DNA of 64,000 bases from assembly GCA_028749205.1 (NCBI GenBank), contig JAQULR010000004.1, positions 41,742 through 105,741 of the forward strand. Reading direction: 5' to 3'. This document shows, in pieces, positions 45,964 through 56,111 of the stretch (the stretch's first letter is position 1; each line of letters starts with the position of its first letter). Below the pieces are notes generated by a model. It was not told the DNA's origin and did not search any database. It saw nothing but the letters and a program-made list of their open reading frames with translations. A program made the translations under genes and the position numbers. The DNA comes from Acidobacteriota bacterium. GTDB lineage: Bacteria > Acidobacteriota > Aminicenantia > Aminicenantales > Saccharicenantaceae.

Positions 45964-47106
45964 ATGGCTGTAAGAACGGTAAGAAAAAAAATCATTAACC
46001 ACTACTGGCCATTGGCCGCCGACTTTATAGCCCTTTTCCTGGTAATCGCCATCATGGCCGGCTTCTGGTCGGAATCTCTGTTAGCTCAGATTGAGCCATC
46101 TCATCCCGCACTTGAGCAAGTCCGTCCTATAAGGGATGATGTCGGCTTTTGCTGGAACCCTGAGAGCATGAAAATTCTGGTTGATTATTTAGCCAGCCAG
46201 GAAAAAGAAACCTTTGACTCTCAGGGCCTGGTAGCAGGTATCTCTCCTCATGATGATTATCTTTATGCCGGCAGGCTTTATTACTCTCTATTCAGTATCA
46301 TCCAGGCCAAAGAAGTGGTGATTTTCGGGGTTACTCATGGAGCAGTCCGCGATAGGATCAAAGGGCTGGATAGCCTGATCATTCTCGATGATTACCTGCA
46401 ATGGACTGGAGTTTTAAAACCGGTAGATATTTCTCCTCTTAGAGAGTATCTTAAAGCTCGTCTCAACCCGGAGTATTACCTCGTTAACCGCTGGGCTCAC
46501 CGGCTGGAACATTCTATTGAAGCTCTTATTCCTTTTCTTCAGTATTTCAATCCCGAGATAAAAATCACTCCTATCATGGTGGCTCCTATGCCCCTTGATA
46601 AGATGAAAAAGATTTCTGACGATCTGGCCGAAGCCATCGTATCTTATATGAAAGAAAACGGACTCAAAGCTGGCCAGGATATTTTCTTTCTAATTTCTGC
46701 TGACGGGAATCATTACGGCGAAGATTTTAACAACCTGGCTTTTGGTGAAGGGGAAGAAGCCTGGGAAAAAGCTCTGGCCTTTGACCGCAATATTATAGAC
46801 AGTTATCTGACAGGTGAGGTGACCGAAAAAAAAGTGACTGGCCTTACTAAGGAGCTCTGGGGAAAAACTTATCTGGATTACAATAACTCTTACTGGTGCG
46901 GGAAATATTCGATACCTTTTGGCCTTCTAACGATAGATAAAGTAATTACCAGAGCCACCGGCAAAAAAATTAAAGGTCGACTATTCAAGTTTTCTGATAC
47001 CTACAGCGAAGGAGTATTGCCCCTAACAAAAATCGGCCTGGGTATCACCGCTCCCTTTTCCCTGCGGCACTGGGTCAGTTTCTGCTCCCTCGGCTATTAT
47101 ATTTAA
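45964..47106 (+). CDS. Membrane-anchored MEMO1-family (AmmeMemoRadiSam system protein B-like) protein
   Basis: SPHDDYLYAG and EHSIEALIPFLQ motifs match the Memo family. There is an N-terminal TM helix. I moved the start to ATG 45964, which follows an AAGGAGGG RBS. Confidence 0.6.
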   Translation: MAVRTVRKKIINHYWPLAADFIALFLVIAIMAGFWSESLLAQIEPSHPALEQVRPIRDDVGFCWNPESMKILVDYLASQEKETFDSQGLVAGISPHDDYLYAGRLYYSLFSIIQAKEVVIFGVTHGAVRDRIKGLDSLIILDDYLQWTGVLKPVDISPLREYLKARLNPEYYLVNRWAHRLEHSIEALIPFLQYFNPEIKITPIMVAPMPLDKMKKISDDLAEAIVSYMKENGLKAGQDIFFLISADGNHYGEDFNNLAFGEGEEAWEKALAFDRNIIDSYLTGEVTEKKVTGLTKELWGKTYLDYNNSYWCGKYSIPFGLLTIDKVITRATGKKIKGRLFKFSDTYSEGVLPLTKIGLGITAPFSLRHWVSFCSLGYYI

Positions 47107-47110
47107 AAAA

Positions 47111-47132
47111 GGGGGACACACTATTGTGTCCC
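47111..47132. repeat. REP-like palindrome copy A (GGGGGACACACTATTGTGTCCC)
   Basis: 7-8 bp stem with a loop centred on TA, an A6 run 5' and a T-run 3'. It lies between convergent genes, 5 nt after the stop at 47106. Confidence 0.85.
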
Positions 47133-47167
47133 TGGTTTTTTTATCCCCTTTCTTTGGCTCCTTTTTT

Positions 47168-48148
47168 TCAGGCTTTACCCAGAACCATGGCCAGCAGAGC
47201 CATCCTGACATAAAGCCCATATTCCATCTGCCGAAAGTAGGCCGCTCGGGGATCTTTATCCACCTCCATGGCTATCTCGTTTACTCTGGGTAGTGGATGC
47301 ATGATTATCATCCGCTCCTGAGCCATCTCCAGCGTTTTAGGGCTAATTACATAGGCATCTTTGACCTTCTCATAATCTTCCAGGTTGTCAAACCTTTCTC
47401 TCTGAACCCTGGTCACATAAAGAACATCGGTTTTGGGCAGAACCTCTTCTAAAGTCAGATACTCTTTCTGAGGCAACTTCTTTTCCCCTACCTCATCAAT
47501 CACCTCCCGAGGCATCCTCAAGATCTCTGGTGAGACATAATTCAGTCTAATCTGATTAAACCGAGTGAGCAGCCGGGCTAAGGAATGGACAGTCCGCCCG
47601 TATTTCAGATCGCCCAGCATGGTGACTGTGAGATTATCTAAGCGGCCCAATTCTTCTCTTATGGTAAAGACATCGAGTAAAGCCTGAGTGGGATGCTCAC
47701 CCACCCCGTCTCCAGCATTAATTACCGGTTTCCCAGCAAACTCAGCGGCCAGAGCTGACGAACCCACTTCGGGATGTCTTAAAACAATCACGTCTGCATA
47801 GGCCGCCAGGGTTCTTACCGTATCGGGCAGGCTTTCACCTTTGGCTACCGACGAATATCGCACTTCGCTGATCGGAATCACTGCTCCACCCAGCCTCTGC
47901 ATAGCCGCCATGAATGAGGCGAAGGTCCTGGTAGATGGTTCGTAGAAGAGATTAGCCAAAATCTTGCCTTTCAGCAAATCAAAGGTTCCTATTCTCTCTA
48001 CCATCACCCGCATTTCATGAGCTACACTGAAAATGTACTCAAGGTCATTCCTGGTAAATTGTCTGACTGATAATATATTCTTGCCGTACCAGGGGGCCGT
48101 TTGCTGGTCACCAAAAGGCAGGTATGGACTTTTTGGTTTGGTAGGCAT
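47168..48148 (-). CDS. pyrB: Aspartate carbamoyltransferase catalytic subunit
   Basis: STRTF carbamoyl-phosphate motif ([10 protein letters not shown]), plus HPTQALLD-like and HPLPRV motifs. Confidence 0.9.
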   Translation of the reverse strand: MPTKPKSPYLPFGDQQTAPWYGKNILSVRQFTRNDLEYIFSVAHEMRVMVERIGTFDLLKGKILANLFYEPSTRTFASFMAAMQRLGGAVIPISEVRYSSVAKGESLPDTVRTLAAYADVIVLRHPEVGSSALAAEFAGKPVINAGDGVGEHPTQALLDVFTIREELGRLDNLTVTMLGDLKYGRTVHSLARLLTRFNQIRLNYVSPEILRMPREVIDEVGEKKLPQKEYLTLEEVLPKTDVLYVTRVQRERFDNLEDYEKVKDAYVISPKTLEMAQERMIIMHPLPRVNEIAMEVDKDPRAAYFRQMEYGLYVRMALLAMVLGKA

Positions 48149-48462
48149 ACTTACTCCTTTATATCCTCACTGGATTTTATTTTTTCTTTAATATATTCAT
48201 CCTGACTATCGCTGTCAATCTTAAGCTTTTTGGCGACCTGGACGTCAACTGGAGATGAGCCCACGACCTGGGTTATCTCATCAAGATAGTCCTCCACCAG
48301 CCACTACTCTTTCTTGATATTTTAAGAAGGAGTCAAAATGAGGCAGCAAGCCCGGAGTTTAATCTATCGGGTCAGAAACAACCAGGGCGCCGGGAAGAAA
48401 ACAGGTCGACTTAGATTATTTATGAATATTACAGGTTGATAAATATTGACAATCAAAAAACC

Positions 48463-48485
48463 GGGGACACGATAGTGTGTCCCCC
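48463..48485. repeat. REP-like palindrome copy B (GGGGACACGATAGTGTGTCCCCC)
   Basis: Same family in the opposite polarity to copy A. It lies 3 nt beyond the stop of the minus-strand gene 48488-49690. Confidence 0.85.
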
Positions 48486-48487
48486 TT

Positions 48488-49690
48488 TTATAAATATGGC
48501 TGCCAGTCAGACCGAGAAAATTCCAGCTTAAAGCTTCGACCTGACCAGAAAATTTCTACCTGACCAGATTCTCTGTGGCGGCCCTGGCTATATCTTAAGG
48601 TCAGCAGGGCGGCTTTCTTAACAACCGAGAACTTACTAGCTATCTCTCCTTCCCCCAGCTCAGCCAATCCGACTTTTGAACTTCCTTTTTGAATCTGGCC
48701 GCTATCATTCGCCCAACCAACCCGGTCATCATCCCTGATCTCTTCGCCTTCTTTCAGCCACCCAAGGTCGGCCTTTCCAGCGGCTCTCAAAGTAGCTGCA
48801 GACTGACTCTTCAGCCTGACCACAGTTAGAGGCCCCTTTACCCCTTCTACCGCTGAAATAAGTATGATCACGTCTGATTCCTGAGCCTTCTCCTTTATCT
48901 TTTCATTTTCCTGTTGGTTACGTCCGATAATAATCAGCCCTTCTTCCTCAAAAAAGACCCGACCTGCCTTAATCAGTTCTATATCTTCAGACAAAAGCCG
49001 TCCACGCCATTGCTGCAAATTCTTTAGCTTAGCGGAAAAAGCCGGGTCTGTTAGCAGGCAGCCCCCGGCCGGGGAAAGAAACTCTTTGAGCCTATACTTC
49101 TCGGCCAGCTCTAACTGCCGCTTTCTGGACCGCCCGGAAATATCCAGCAGCTTCTCCCGCTCAATCAACCCCTTTTTTTCTGGCAGAGTTTCCGGCAATA
49201 ATTTGGCCGACAGCGGTCTCAGCACCAGTCCTTTAATCCCGGAAAGTTTCTCAACAATCTGTAGAGCCTGCCGGTTCTGTGATTTTGGTCTTTCTCCGAC
49301 CACCTCACCAGTGGCTACAAAATCGGCAGCATATTCTGACATCAACTGACCAGCTATCCTGACCATCTGGCCATGGCAATCTAGACAGGGATTCATATTC
49401 CGGCCATAGCCATACTTGGGATTCTCTACGATGGGAATCTGTTCCTGGCTGATATCGATCACCACTAAGGGCCAACCCTGTTCAGCAGCTGCCTTTTGAG
49501 CCTCTTCCGCTCCAAAAAACTGGCTGCAAAAGGTCAGGCAGACTACTTCCACTCTCTGCTCTTCGAGTAATTTCGCAGCCAAGAGGCTATCCAGCCCGCC
49601 AGAAAAAAGCACCAGAGCCCGAACCTGTCTTTTTTTCTTCTCAGGTTTTCTAACTTCTATTATTTTCATACAGTCTGATCTTTCACTCAA
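48488..49690 (-). CDS. PP-loop ATP pyrophosphatase (ThiI/MnmA-like tRNA thiolation family) with an uncharacterised C-terminal domain
   Basis: SGGLDS PP-loop (LVLFSGGLDSLLAA) and NPCLDCH motif. The TTG start at 49690 is uncertain, and ATG 49669 is an alternative. Confidence 0.7.
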   Translation of the reverse strand: MSERSDCMKIIEVRKPEKKKRQVRALVLFSGGLDSLLAAKLLEEQRVEVVCLTFCSQFFGAEEAQKAAAEQGWPLVVIDISQEQIPIVENPKYGYGRNMNPCLDCHGQMVRIAGQLMSEYAADFVATGEVVGERPKSQNRQALQIVEKLSGIKGLVLRPLSAKLLPETLPEKKGLIEREKLLDISGRSRKRQLELAEKYRLKEFLSPAGGCLLTDPAFSAKLKNLQQWRGRLLSEDIELIKAGRVFFEEEGLIIIGRNQQENEKIKEKAQESDVIILISAVEGVKGPLTVVRLKSQSAATLRAAGKADLGWLKEGEEIRDDDRVGWANDSGQIQKGSSKVGLAELGEGEIASKFSVVKKAALLTLRYSQGRHRESGQVEIFWSGRSFKLEFSRSDWQPYL

Positions 49691-49702
49691 TAGACATAGA
49701 AG

Positions 49703-50566
49703 TTAAATTTTCGCTATTTCTCGTATTTTTTTCTGCCGGCCGGCCCAGCTCACCAGTCTAAAAGTCAACGGGCAGCGCAGAAAAAAACTCAAAACCTTAT
49801 TGCGTTTCCCGGGAATGATAATAACCTTTTTCCGGGCCAGGGCCCTCAGAGAAATTCTTACTACCCGGTCAGCCTTCATCCAGAGAAACCCCGGGATATT
49901 CTCCTTGTCAATTCCAGCCAGTTGATGAAATTCCGTGTGGGTAAAGCCCGGGCATAAGGCCTGAATTTTTATTCCTGTATCATAAAGTTCATTTTGAAGA
50001 TTTTCGGAAAACATCACTAAAAAAGCTTTGGTTGAACTATACAGGCTTCCTGACAGAGGTGAAAATGCCGCCACTGAAGAGACATTAATTATCGCCCCGC
50101 GATTTCTTTTGAGCATGGCTCCCAGAGCTGCCCTGGTCAGGACAGTTGGAGCCACTACATGAACTCTTATCATCTGTTCGGCTTCGCCGCTGTCATCTCG
50201 AACAAAATCGTTCCGTCCGCCAAAACCGGCGTTGTTGATCAGAAGATCCAGGTCTTCGGTTGCTTTAATCTTCTCAGCCAGCCTATTTATGTTTTCTTCC
50301 AGGCTCAGGTCAGCCGGGAAAACCTCTACTTCAATTCCGTATTTGGCCTTTAGTTCTGAAGCCAACTTTTCCAGGCGATCTTCCCTCCTGGCTACCATAA
50401 TCAGGTCGGCCCCACCCGCAGCCAGTTGCTTAGCATATTCCTCACCCAGGCCGGCTGAAGCTCCGGTTATTAAAGCTTTCCGATACAGAGCTGGCTTCAC
50501 TGCTAACTCCCTTTTTCTTTCAGCTAATTTTTTCCTTATGTTACCAGATTTTTTGCTGAGCTGCAT
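49703..50566 (-). CDS. Short-chain dehydrogenase/reductase (SDR) family oxidoreductase
   Basis: TGASAGLG cofactor motif, YSSTK catalytic motif and NNAG. Confidence 0.85.
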   Translation of the reverse strand: MQLSKKSGNIRKKLAERKRELAVKPALYRKALITGASAGLGEEYAKQLAAGGADLIMVARREDRLEKLASELKAKYGIEVEVFPADLSLEENINRLAEKIKATEDLDLLINNAGFGGRNDFVRDDSGEAEQMIRVHVVAPTVLTRAALGAMLKRNRGAIINVSSVAAFSPLSGSLYSSTKAFLVMFSENLQNELYDTGIKIQALCPGFTHTEFHQLAGIDKENIPGFLWMKADRVVRISLRALARKKVIIIPGKRNKVLSFFLRCPLTFRLVSWAGRQKKIREIAKI

Positions 50567-51223
50567 TATTCATACAAGTCCACATTACTTAAGAGTAGCC
50601 AGCATTGATGAAACGGAAAGTCGAGACATGATACGATCTTCTTAAACCGGTTTGTGTCCCTTATTTTCCGTGTGGCAACATAATCCACCTCTGCTATTAG
50701 AATAATCCATGTTAAATAGATTTATCATCAGGATCTCAAATCTGGATTCCTCTTATTTCTCAGAATCTTCCGGTCAGAAGAGGTTAATTCCTGTCAGCAA
50801 ACAGCACTATCTTTTTTCTTCTGGCTCACTCCCAGCCTGGCCTTCTCCGAAAGCCTCCAAATTTAATAGGCCCCTCAACAGTTTTTCTTCTTGTAGTAGA
50901 AAAGGCCGGTTTCCGAATTAATCTCCTTTTTTGTTGCGGGCTATTGTTTCCTTCTCTGTGTCGTCTAGGTATCTAAGCTATGGATAGCTGATCAAAAACA
51001 GGGCTCCAGAGGGTTGCCCGATCATAGATTTAAGCCAGTATGCCCAGAAAATTTTCTGTACTCTGCAATTTCTCGTTTTTAATTAAAAGGGAAGAATTGT
51101 CTTTCGTTAACGTCTTAATTACATCAGGAGCAGAATAATTATATATTTAGAGGCGAAGAAACATGGCTGCCCCTTAGCCCTCATAACCGAATATGGGGCC
51201 GAGCATTCAGCTTGAGGAGATTA

Positions 51224-51460
51224 ATGCCGGAAAGCATCTTAGATTATGTGATTCAATTGGACACAGAGAGCTCCCCTTGGCTGCTGCCCCGCAGGGAACC
51301 AGTCTTGCTAGTAACTCCTATTGTAGAGGATGATAGGTTTACCCTGTGCTACAAAGGCTTTAGAATAACCTCCTGCACTCCCCTCAAGGATCGCCTTTTT
51401 AGAGATGCTTCTTTAATGCGGAAAGCTCTGGATTATCTTTACTTGATTCAGTTAAAATAA
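51224..51460 (+). CDS. Small hypothetical protein (78 aa)
   Basis: A GAGGAG RBS lies 5 nt before ATG 51224. The gene ends 36 nt before the M28 peptidase gene. I recognise no family. Confidence 0.4.
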   Translation: MPESILDYVIQLDTESSPWLLPRREPVLLVTPIVEDDRFTLCYKGFRITSCTPLKDRLFRDASLMRKALDYLYLIQLK

Positions 51461-51496
51461 ATCTTATTTCTTTCACCAAGCCTATAGGAGGTTTAA

Positions 51497-53353
51497 ATGA
51501 AAAAGCGATTGTCACCGCTCCTAACAGCGGTAATGCTGCTGGCAATTTTCTCCTACTCTCTGGCTCAGATGCCCCAACAACAGCAGATGAAACCAGAAGA
51601 GGTGAAAAGGGCCCTCAGCCTGGTCCAGAAAACCGACCCGGTCCCAGAAAAATTCAAAACAGGGTTCGAGTCGATAACTCCTCGGGATGTCCTGTCAATG
51701 CTCAATTATCTGGCCTCTGACTGGATGGAAGGACGGGACACTGGAAGCCGTGGTTATGCTATAGCCGCCGATTATGTAGCTTCCCTTTTTAAGATGTGGG
51801 GAGTCAGACCAGGCGGTGACCCGCCCCGGTCAGCAATCAGCATCACCCGGGCTATGGCTGGGGACACTTCGGCCCAGGCCCCAACATTAGAACGCAGCTA
51901 TTTCCAGGAATTCACCCTTAAAGAAACATCTGACACCAGGACCAACCTGAAAGTGGAAGTTTCCAGGGGCTCTATGAGCAAAGCCCGGACCTTTGAAAGC
52001 GGAGTCGATTTTATGAGCAGCCTGAGTTCGGCTGAAGATATCAGCGGGGCGGTAGCTTTTGCCGGGTATGGGATTAAAGAGCCTTCAATCGGCTGGGATG
52101 AGCTTAAGGGTCTTAACCTAAAAGATAAAATTGTCCTGGTATTGAGCGAGGCTCCTGGAAAAGATGACCCTGATTCTCCTTTTAATAAGAATAAAGAACT
52201 TAAAGAAAAATATTTCCCCAGGGCTCAAGACCTCCGGATGATGATTGCCAGGCGAGGTCAGAGACCTTTTAACAAGCTGGAAGAAATCTACAAGCAGCAG
52301 CCAGCAGCCGTCCTGGTCGTCTCAAACTCCGGCAACGATGCTGATGTTTATAATATGCTGACGGCTATGGAGGCTCGGCAGATTGATGATTCCAGACCGA
52401 TCATAAAAAGGCCCAGAGCAAGAATGAGCCTCCCCGGTGGTGACGGCCGAATGGACAGAGTGATGGGGAGAAATTATGCTCCAACAATCAACATCACCAG
52501 AGAAATGGCCAACTTGATTCTGGAAAATACGGGTCAGACTATCGATGACCTTAAGAAAGCCATTGAAAGTACTTACAAGCCAGCCTCAAGGGAGCTGCCG
52601 GGGGTAAGAGTTAGTATTGAATCCACCGCTAAAACTAATTTGGTTCGGACGATGAATGTTATTGGTTATATCGAAGGTTCTGACCCCAAACTAAAGGACG
52701 AATATTTTGTGGTTGGAGCCCATTTTGACCATCTCGGCCGGTGGGAAGATTATATTTTCAACGGCTCAGATGACAACGCTTCTGGTTCAGTCGGAGTTAT
52801 GGCCATAGCCAGAGCTATCGCCATGAATCCGGTAAAGCCCAAGAGATCGGTGGTCTTCTGCCTGTGGACAGGTGAAGAAAAAGGCCTGCTGGGTAGCCGT
52901 TATTATGTGCAGAATCCGACTTTTCCTATCGAGAAAACTGTAGGTTACCTTAATTATGATATGATTAGCCGGCCTTTCGACCAGCAGACTATTGGCCGCT
53001 ACGCCAGAATGCTTAAGGTTGAGGGTGTCGAAGACTTAATCGAGCAAATCAGACCAGGCTATTTTGTTACTGTTAATGCCACCAAGGATTCAGGTTTCTA
53101 CGAGCTCCAGCAGGAGATGAACAAATATGTCGGGCTTGACCTGTTTATCAGAGAACCCGAGCTTGGTGAAGGCAGTGGCGGTTCTGACCATTCCTCATTT
53201 GCCGCAGTTAAAAAACCCTTTGTTTACTATATGACCTCCATGCATCCTGATTATCATCAGCCTGGGGATCATCCTGATAAGGCTTCCGGAGAGTTACTAT
53301 CTAGAATAGCCAGGCTGGGGTACCTGACCGTCTTCGCCTACGCCGACCGATAA
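51497..53353 (+). CDS. M28-family aminopeptidase with a PA domain
   Basis: Signal peptide. Zinc-ligand contexts GAHFDHLG, DDNASG and GEEKGLLGS. Confidence 0.85.
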   Translation: MKKRLSPLLTAVMLLAIFSYSLAQMPQQQQMKPEEVKRALSLVQKTDPVPEKFKTGFESITPRDVLSMLNYLASDWMEGRDTGSRGYAIAADYVASLFKMWGVRPGGDPPRSAISITRAMAGDTSAQAPTLERSYFQEFTLKETSDTRTNLKVEVSRGSMSKARTFESGVDFMSSLSSAEDISGAVAFAGYGIKEPSIGWDELKGLNLKDKIVLVLSEAPGKDDPDSPFNKNKELKEKYFPRAQDLRMMIARRGQRPFNKLEEIYKQQPAAVLVVSNSGNDADVYNMLTAMEARQIDDSRPIIKRPRARMSLPGGDGRMDRVMGRNYAPTINITREMANLILENTGQTIDDLKKAIESTYKPASRELPGVRVSIESTAKTNLVRTMNVIGYIEGSDPKLKDEYFVVGAHFDHLGRWEDYIFNGSDDNASGSVGVMAIARAIAMNPVKPKRSVVFCLWTGEEKGLLGSRYYVQNPTFPIEKTVGYLNYDMISRPFDQQTIGRYARMLKVEGVEDLIEQIRPGYFVTVNATKDSGFYELQQEMNKYVGLDLFIREPELGEGSGGSDHSSFAAVKKPFVYYMTSMHPDYHQPGDHPDKASGELLSRIARLGYLTVFAYADR

Positions 53354-53359
53354 TAAAAA

Positions 53360-53383
53360 GGGGGACACCCTAGTGTGTCCCCC
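53360..53383. repeat. REP-like palindrome copy C (GGGGGACACCCTAGTGTGTCCCCC)
   Basis: It lies between convergent genes, 7 nt after the stop at 53353 and 5 nt before the stop at 53388. A-run and T-run flanks are present. Confidence 0.85.
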
Positions 53384-53387
53384 TTTT

Positions 53388-56111
53388 TTACAGGTTAAAG
53401 CGATAAGAGAACTTTATAAGGAAGATGTTGTCGCCGGGGGCGGTGAATAAGTCACCCAGGTCTCTCCACAGTGACAGATTACCGGGATTACTAAAGTCTG
53501 CCCGGTTTTGGGTCCAGACCACATAAAGCAGAGACCCAGGCCGGTATTCCCATCTGAGAACCATAGTCCCTCGCATCGATTTATAATTAAAATCAGGTTT
53601 GAAGATTTCAAATGAGGAGGCCGGGCCATCGCCGTCCGGGTCAACTACATACCTGCCATCTTCATCCACAATAGTTGAGCCGTCCTTTCCATAAACCAGG
53701 TAATCATAAGCCCGCGGCCGGTTAAGCTGCTTGAACCGGTCATACTTCCCTACCGCTATAAAAGGCTGTAGATACACCTGAAGGCTGAGTTTCGGAGTGA
53801 AAATCCAGTTGAGCCGGAATTCAGTAGCAATGGTCTTCTGGTCTATCCGCCCAAAGATGTACCTCGTCCCGTAAGTCTCGGTCATCAGGGGATCAGCCAC
53901 CCGAGTCACCCACTGGAGTTCATCCAGGGAATAGTTAACCATAGGCCCTATCGAAAGGCTCAGATTGCTTCTTGGCTTCCAGCGCACCGAAAAACTGGCC
54001 GACCAGTAATTAGAATTATCCCTGGTCCGCTGATAAGAAAAATACCCATTTACAACAACCGGCTGCCTCGAATCGCTCGTCAGGACAAGCTGGTGGAGAA
54101 AGCCAGTCGGAGTCCTGGCTAACGGCCCTCCTCTGGTCAGCTGATTGGTCAGAGTAGCTGGCATAAAGAGGAAGGTGTATTCAAATTGCCACCAGTTAGC
54201 CAGAACGCCATTAAAATCAGCGAATAAACAGCCGAATAATTTATTGCCACCAAAATCATACTGCTGGGTGAAGCCAGCAAACAGCATTGACTGCCGGAAG
54301 ACTTTGCCTGGTTTGAGCCATTGATAACCATAAAAGCCATTTAAATCAATTAAATCCGAGCCCATGCTCTGAAAACCAGCATCGTTGGGATCAAAGCCTG
54401 GCGATAGAGCCCCGGCTGAGACCAGAAACAGCGAATTTCCCTGCTGCTTGACCAGCTTGAATTGCCCGGCCCAACCATTAAGGTTAGTAGCTTCAGGATT
54501 AAGGCTAACATGGGTAGCGTCAGGCCGCTGGAAATAATGCAGGGGATTTTGCTGAAGCCGGTATATATCTTCCTGGCTACCCTGGATAAAAGTCCCACCC
54601 AGCCAGCCGCCGACAACCCAGGTTCTTTTTTTGTCCAGAAAGGACCAGCCATCAGCGGCTAAGCTGAAAGCATTTTTATTCAGGATAGCAGCCAGCGGCT
54701 CGTTATCCAGGTCTCTCATGACCCCGGTGGCCATCAAACCTATTCCCTGCTGGCCATCATTGATGTCTTTCTGGGCTCGCAAAACCCCATAATAACTTAA
54801 TGGTTCAACCTCTTCTTTGTAGCGGGTGCTAAGATCATCGACTGTGGCAAATTCTCGCCCGGTAACTGCACTGATAAAACCAAGGTTCCAGCCACTACCA
54901 ACCCTCCCGGTAAGCTTAAAAGCGCCCAGGATGGTGGTCCGGTCTGGGAAATCAACGTAGCCCTCATGAAGAGGATAACCCTGAGGTTCTCGGCCAATAC
55001 GTCGGCTGTAGAAAAGGCGCGGGTTAGGCCAGTTGACATTGACATTCAGATAGACGCCACCTTGCCCAAAACTATTGAACATCGAGGCCCCTTCTATAAA
55101 AAACGGCCTCTTCTCTTGATAATAAGTCTCATAGGCACTCAAGTTGATAACCGCCGGATCAACTTCAACCTGGCCAAAATCAGGATTGACCGTCAGGTCA
55201 AGGTTGAGATTGCTTTTGAGTCCCGCTTTTAAGTCAAACCCTACGTCTCCTGCATACTTGTGACCGGTCTCAAAGGGGTTGCCAGGCTCGGCTGGCCTGA
55301 ACTGAGCCTGTCCCACTGAATAAGGATAAAGCTCCACCCGGCGCCCTGGTTTGATCTTCTCGATGCCCTCAAGCCGGGCAAAGCGTGAAACATAGGCAAT
55401 ATCCTCTTTGGGCACCCAGGCAAAAGCTACCTTTTCCTGTTTGCGTTTGATGGTCCGCTGGAAATTTACTCCCCAGAGGTATTTATCCTTTTTAGGAAAG
55501 CGAAGCTGATTAAAAGGAATTTGCATTTCGATAGTCCAGCCGTCGGCCACTCGGGCCACTTTGGCTTCCCAGATACCATCCCAGGTGGTATCTTCACCAA
55601 TGTCGTTTGACAGAGCTTCGTCCACAATGGAACCAGCGGGGTTTATACCGAACAAATAGCCGCTGCGGCGGTCAAAATACGGGTCTACACAGAAGAAGAA
55701 CCAGTCTGAATCCACAAAAGAATCGCGGCGACCAAGAAGACCTTTTATTCCTTGAGGGTCAGAATCATGACAGTAGGCGGCTACATAAAGGTTGGAATCA
55801 TCATAAGCCACCCAGGCTTCGGTCAACTCGGTGGCCGGAGCACCGTCAAGCGGGTCTTGTTGGAGGAAATCACTGACCGGTTCATTTTCTTTCCAGACTC
55901 CTTCCTCGAGCAGACCATCAAGTTTGATAGGTTCATTGAGCCTGATGGCCCTGACCACTTTCTTTTCCTGGGCCTTTTTCAAAGCTTCCTTATCGACTTC
56001 AGCTTGCTTGGTGAGGTTTTTGTTAACATTAAGAGGGGTAGCTGATAAACTTAAAGTCAGGTTAACCACCAGCAACCATAAGATTCCTGGAATAATTCTT
56101 TTTTTGATCAT
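53388..56111 (-). CDS. CBM9-like plus DUF5916 domain outer-membrane/secreted protein
   Basis: Signal peptide. The N-terminal segment IKLDGLLEEGVW...VAYDDSNLYVAAYCHD...GYLFGINPAG is typical of the carbohydrate-binding family 9 / DUF5916 architecture. The remainder is long and beta-rich. Confidence 0.75.
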   Translation of the reverse strand: MIKKRIIPGILWLLVVNLTLSLSATPLNVNKNLTKQAEVDKEALKKAQEKKVVRAIRLNEPIKLDGLLEEGVWKENEPVSDFLQQDPLDGAPATELTEAWVAYDDSNLYVAAYCHDSDPQGIKGLLGRRDSFVDSDWFFFCVDPYFDRRSGYLFGINPAGSIVDEALSNDIGEDTTWDGIWEAKVARVADGWTIEMQIPFNQLRFPKKDKYLWGVNFQRTIKRKQEKVAFAWVPKEDIAYVSRFARLEGIEKIKPGRRVELYPYSVGQAQFRPAEPGNPFETGHKYAGDVGFDLKAGLKSNLNLDLTVNPDFGQVEVDPAVINLSAYETYYQEKRPFFIEGASMFNSFGQGGVYLNVNVNWPNPRLFYSRRIGREPQGYPLHEGYVDFPDRTTILGAFKLTGRVGSGWNLGFISAVTGREFATVDDLSTRYKEEVEPLSYYGVLRAQKDINDGQQGIGLMATGVMRDLDNEPLAAILNKNAFSLAADGWSFLDKKRTWVVGGWLGGTFIQGSQEDIYRLQQNPLHYFQRPDATHVSLNPEATNLNGWAGQFKLVKQQGNSLFLVSAGALSPGFDPNDAGFQSMGSDLIDLNGFYGYQWLKPGKVFRQSMLFAGFTQQYDFGGNKLFGCLFADFNGVLANWWQFEYTFLFMPATLTNQLTRGGPLARTPTGFLHQLVLTSDSRQPVVVNGYFSYQRTRDNSNYWSASFSVRWKPRSNLSLSIGPMVNYSLDELQWVTRVADPLMTETYGTRYIFGRIDQKTIATEFRLNWIFTPKLSLQVYLQPFIAVGKYDRFKQLNRPRAYDYLVYGKDGSTIVDEDGRYVVDPDGDGPASSFEIFKPDFNYKSMRGTMVLRWEYRPGSLLYVVWTQNRADFSNPGNLSLWRDLGDLFTAPGDNIFLIKFSYRFNL

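Noticed and set aside
50709-50921. 70-aa plus-strand ORF in the large 50.6-51.2 kb gap
   Set aside because: The translation is Ser-rich and low-complexity, and there is no RBS. It is treated as non-coding; see the finding on the gap.
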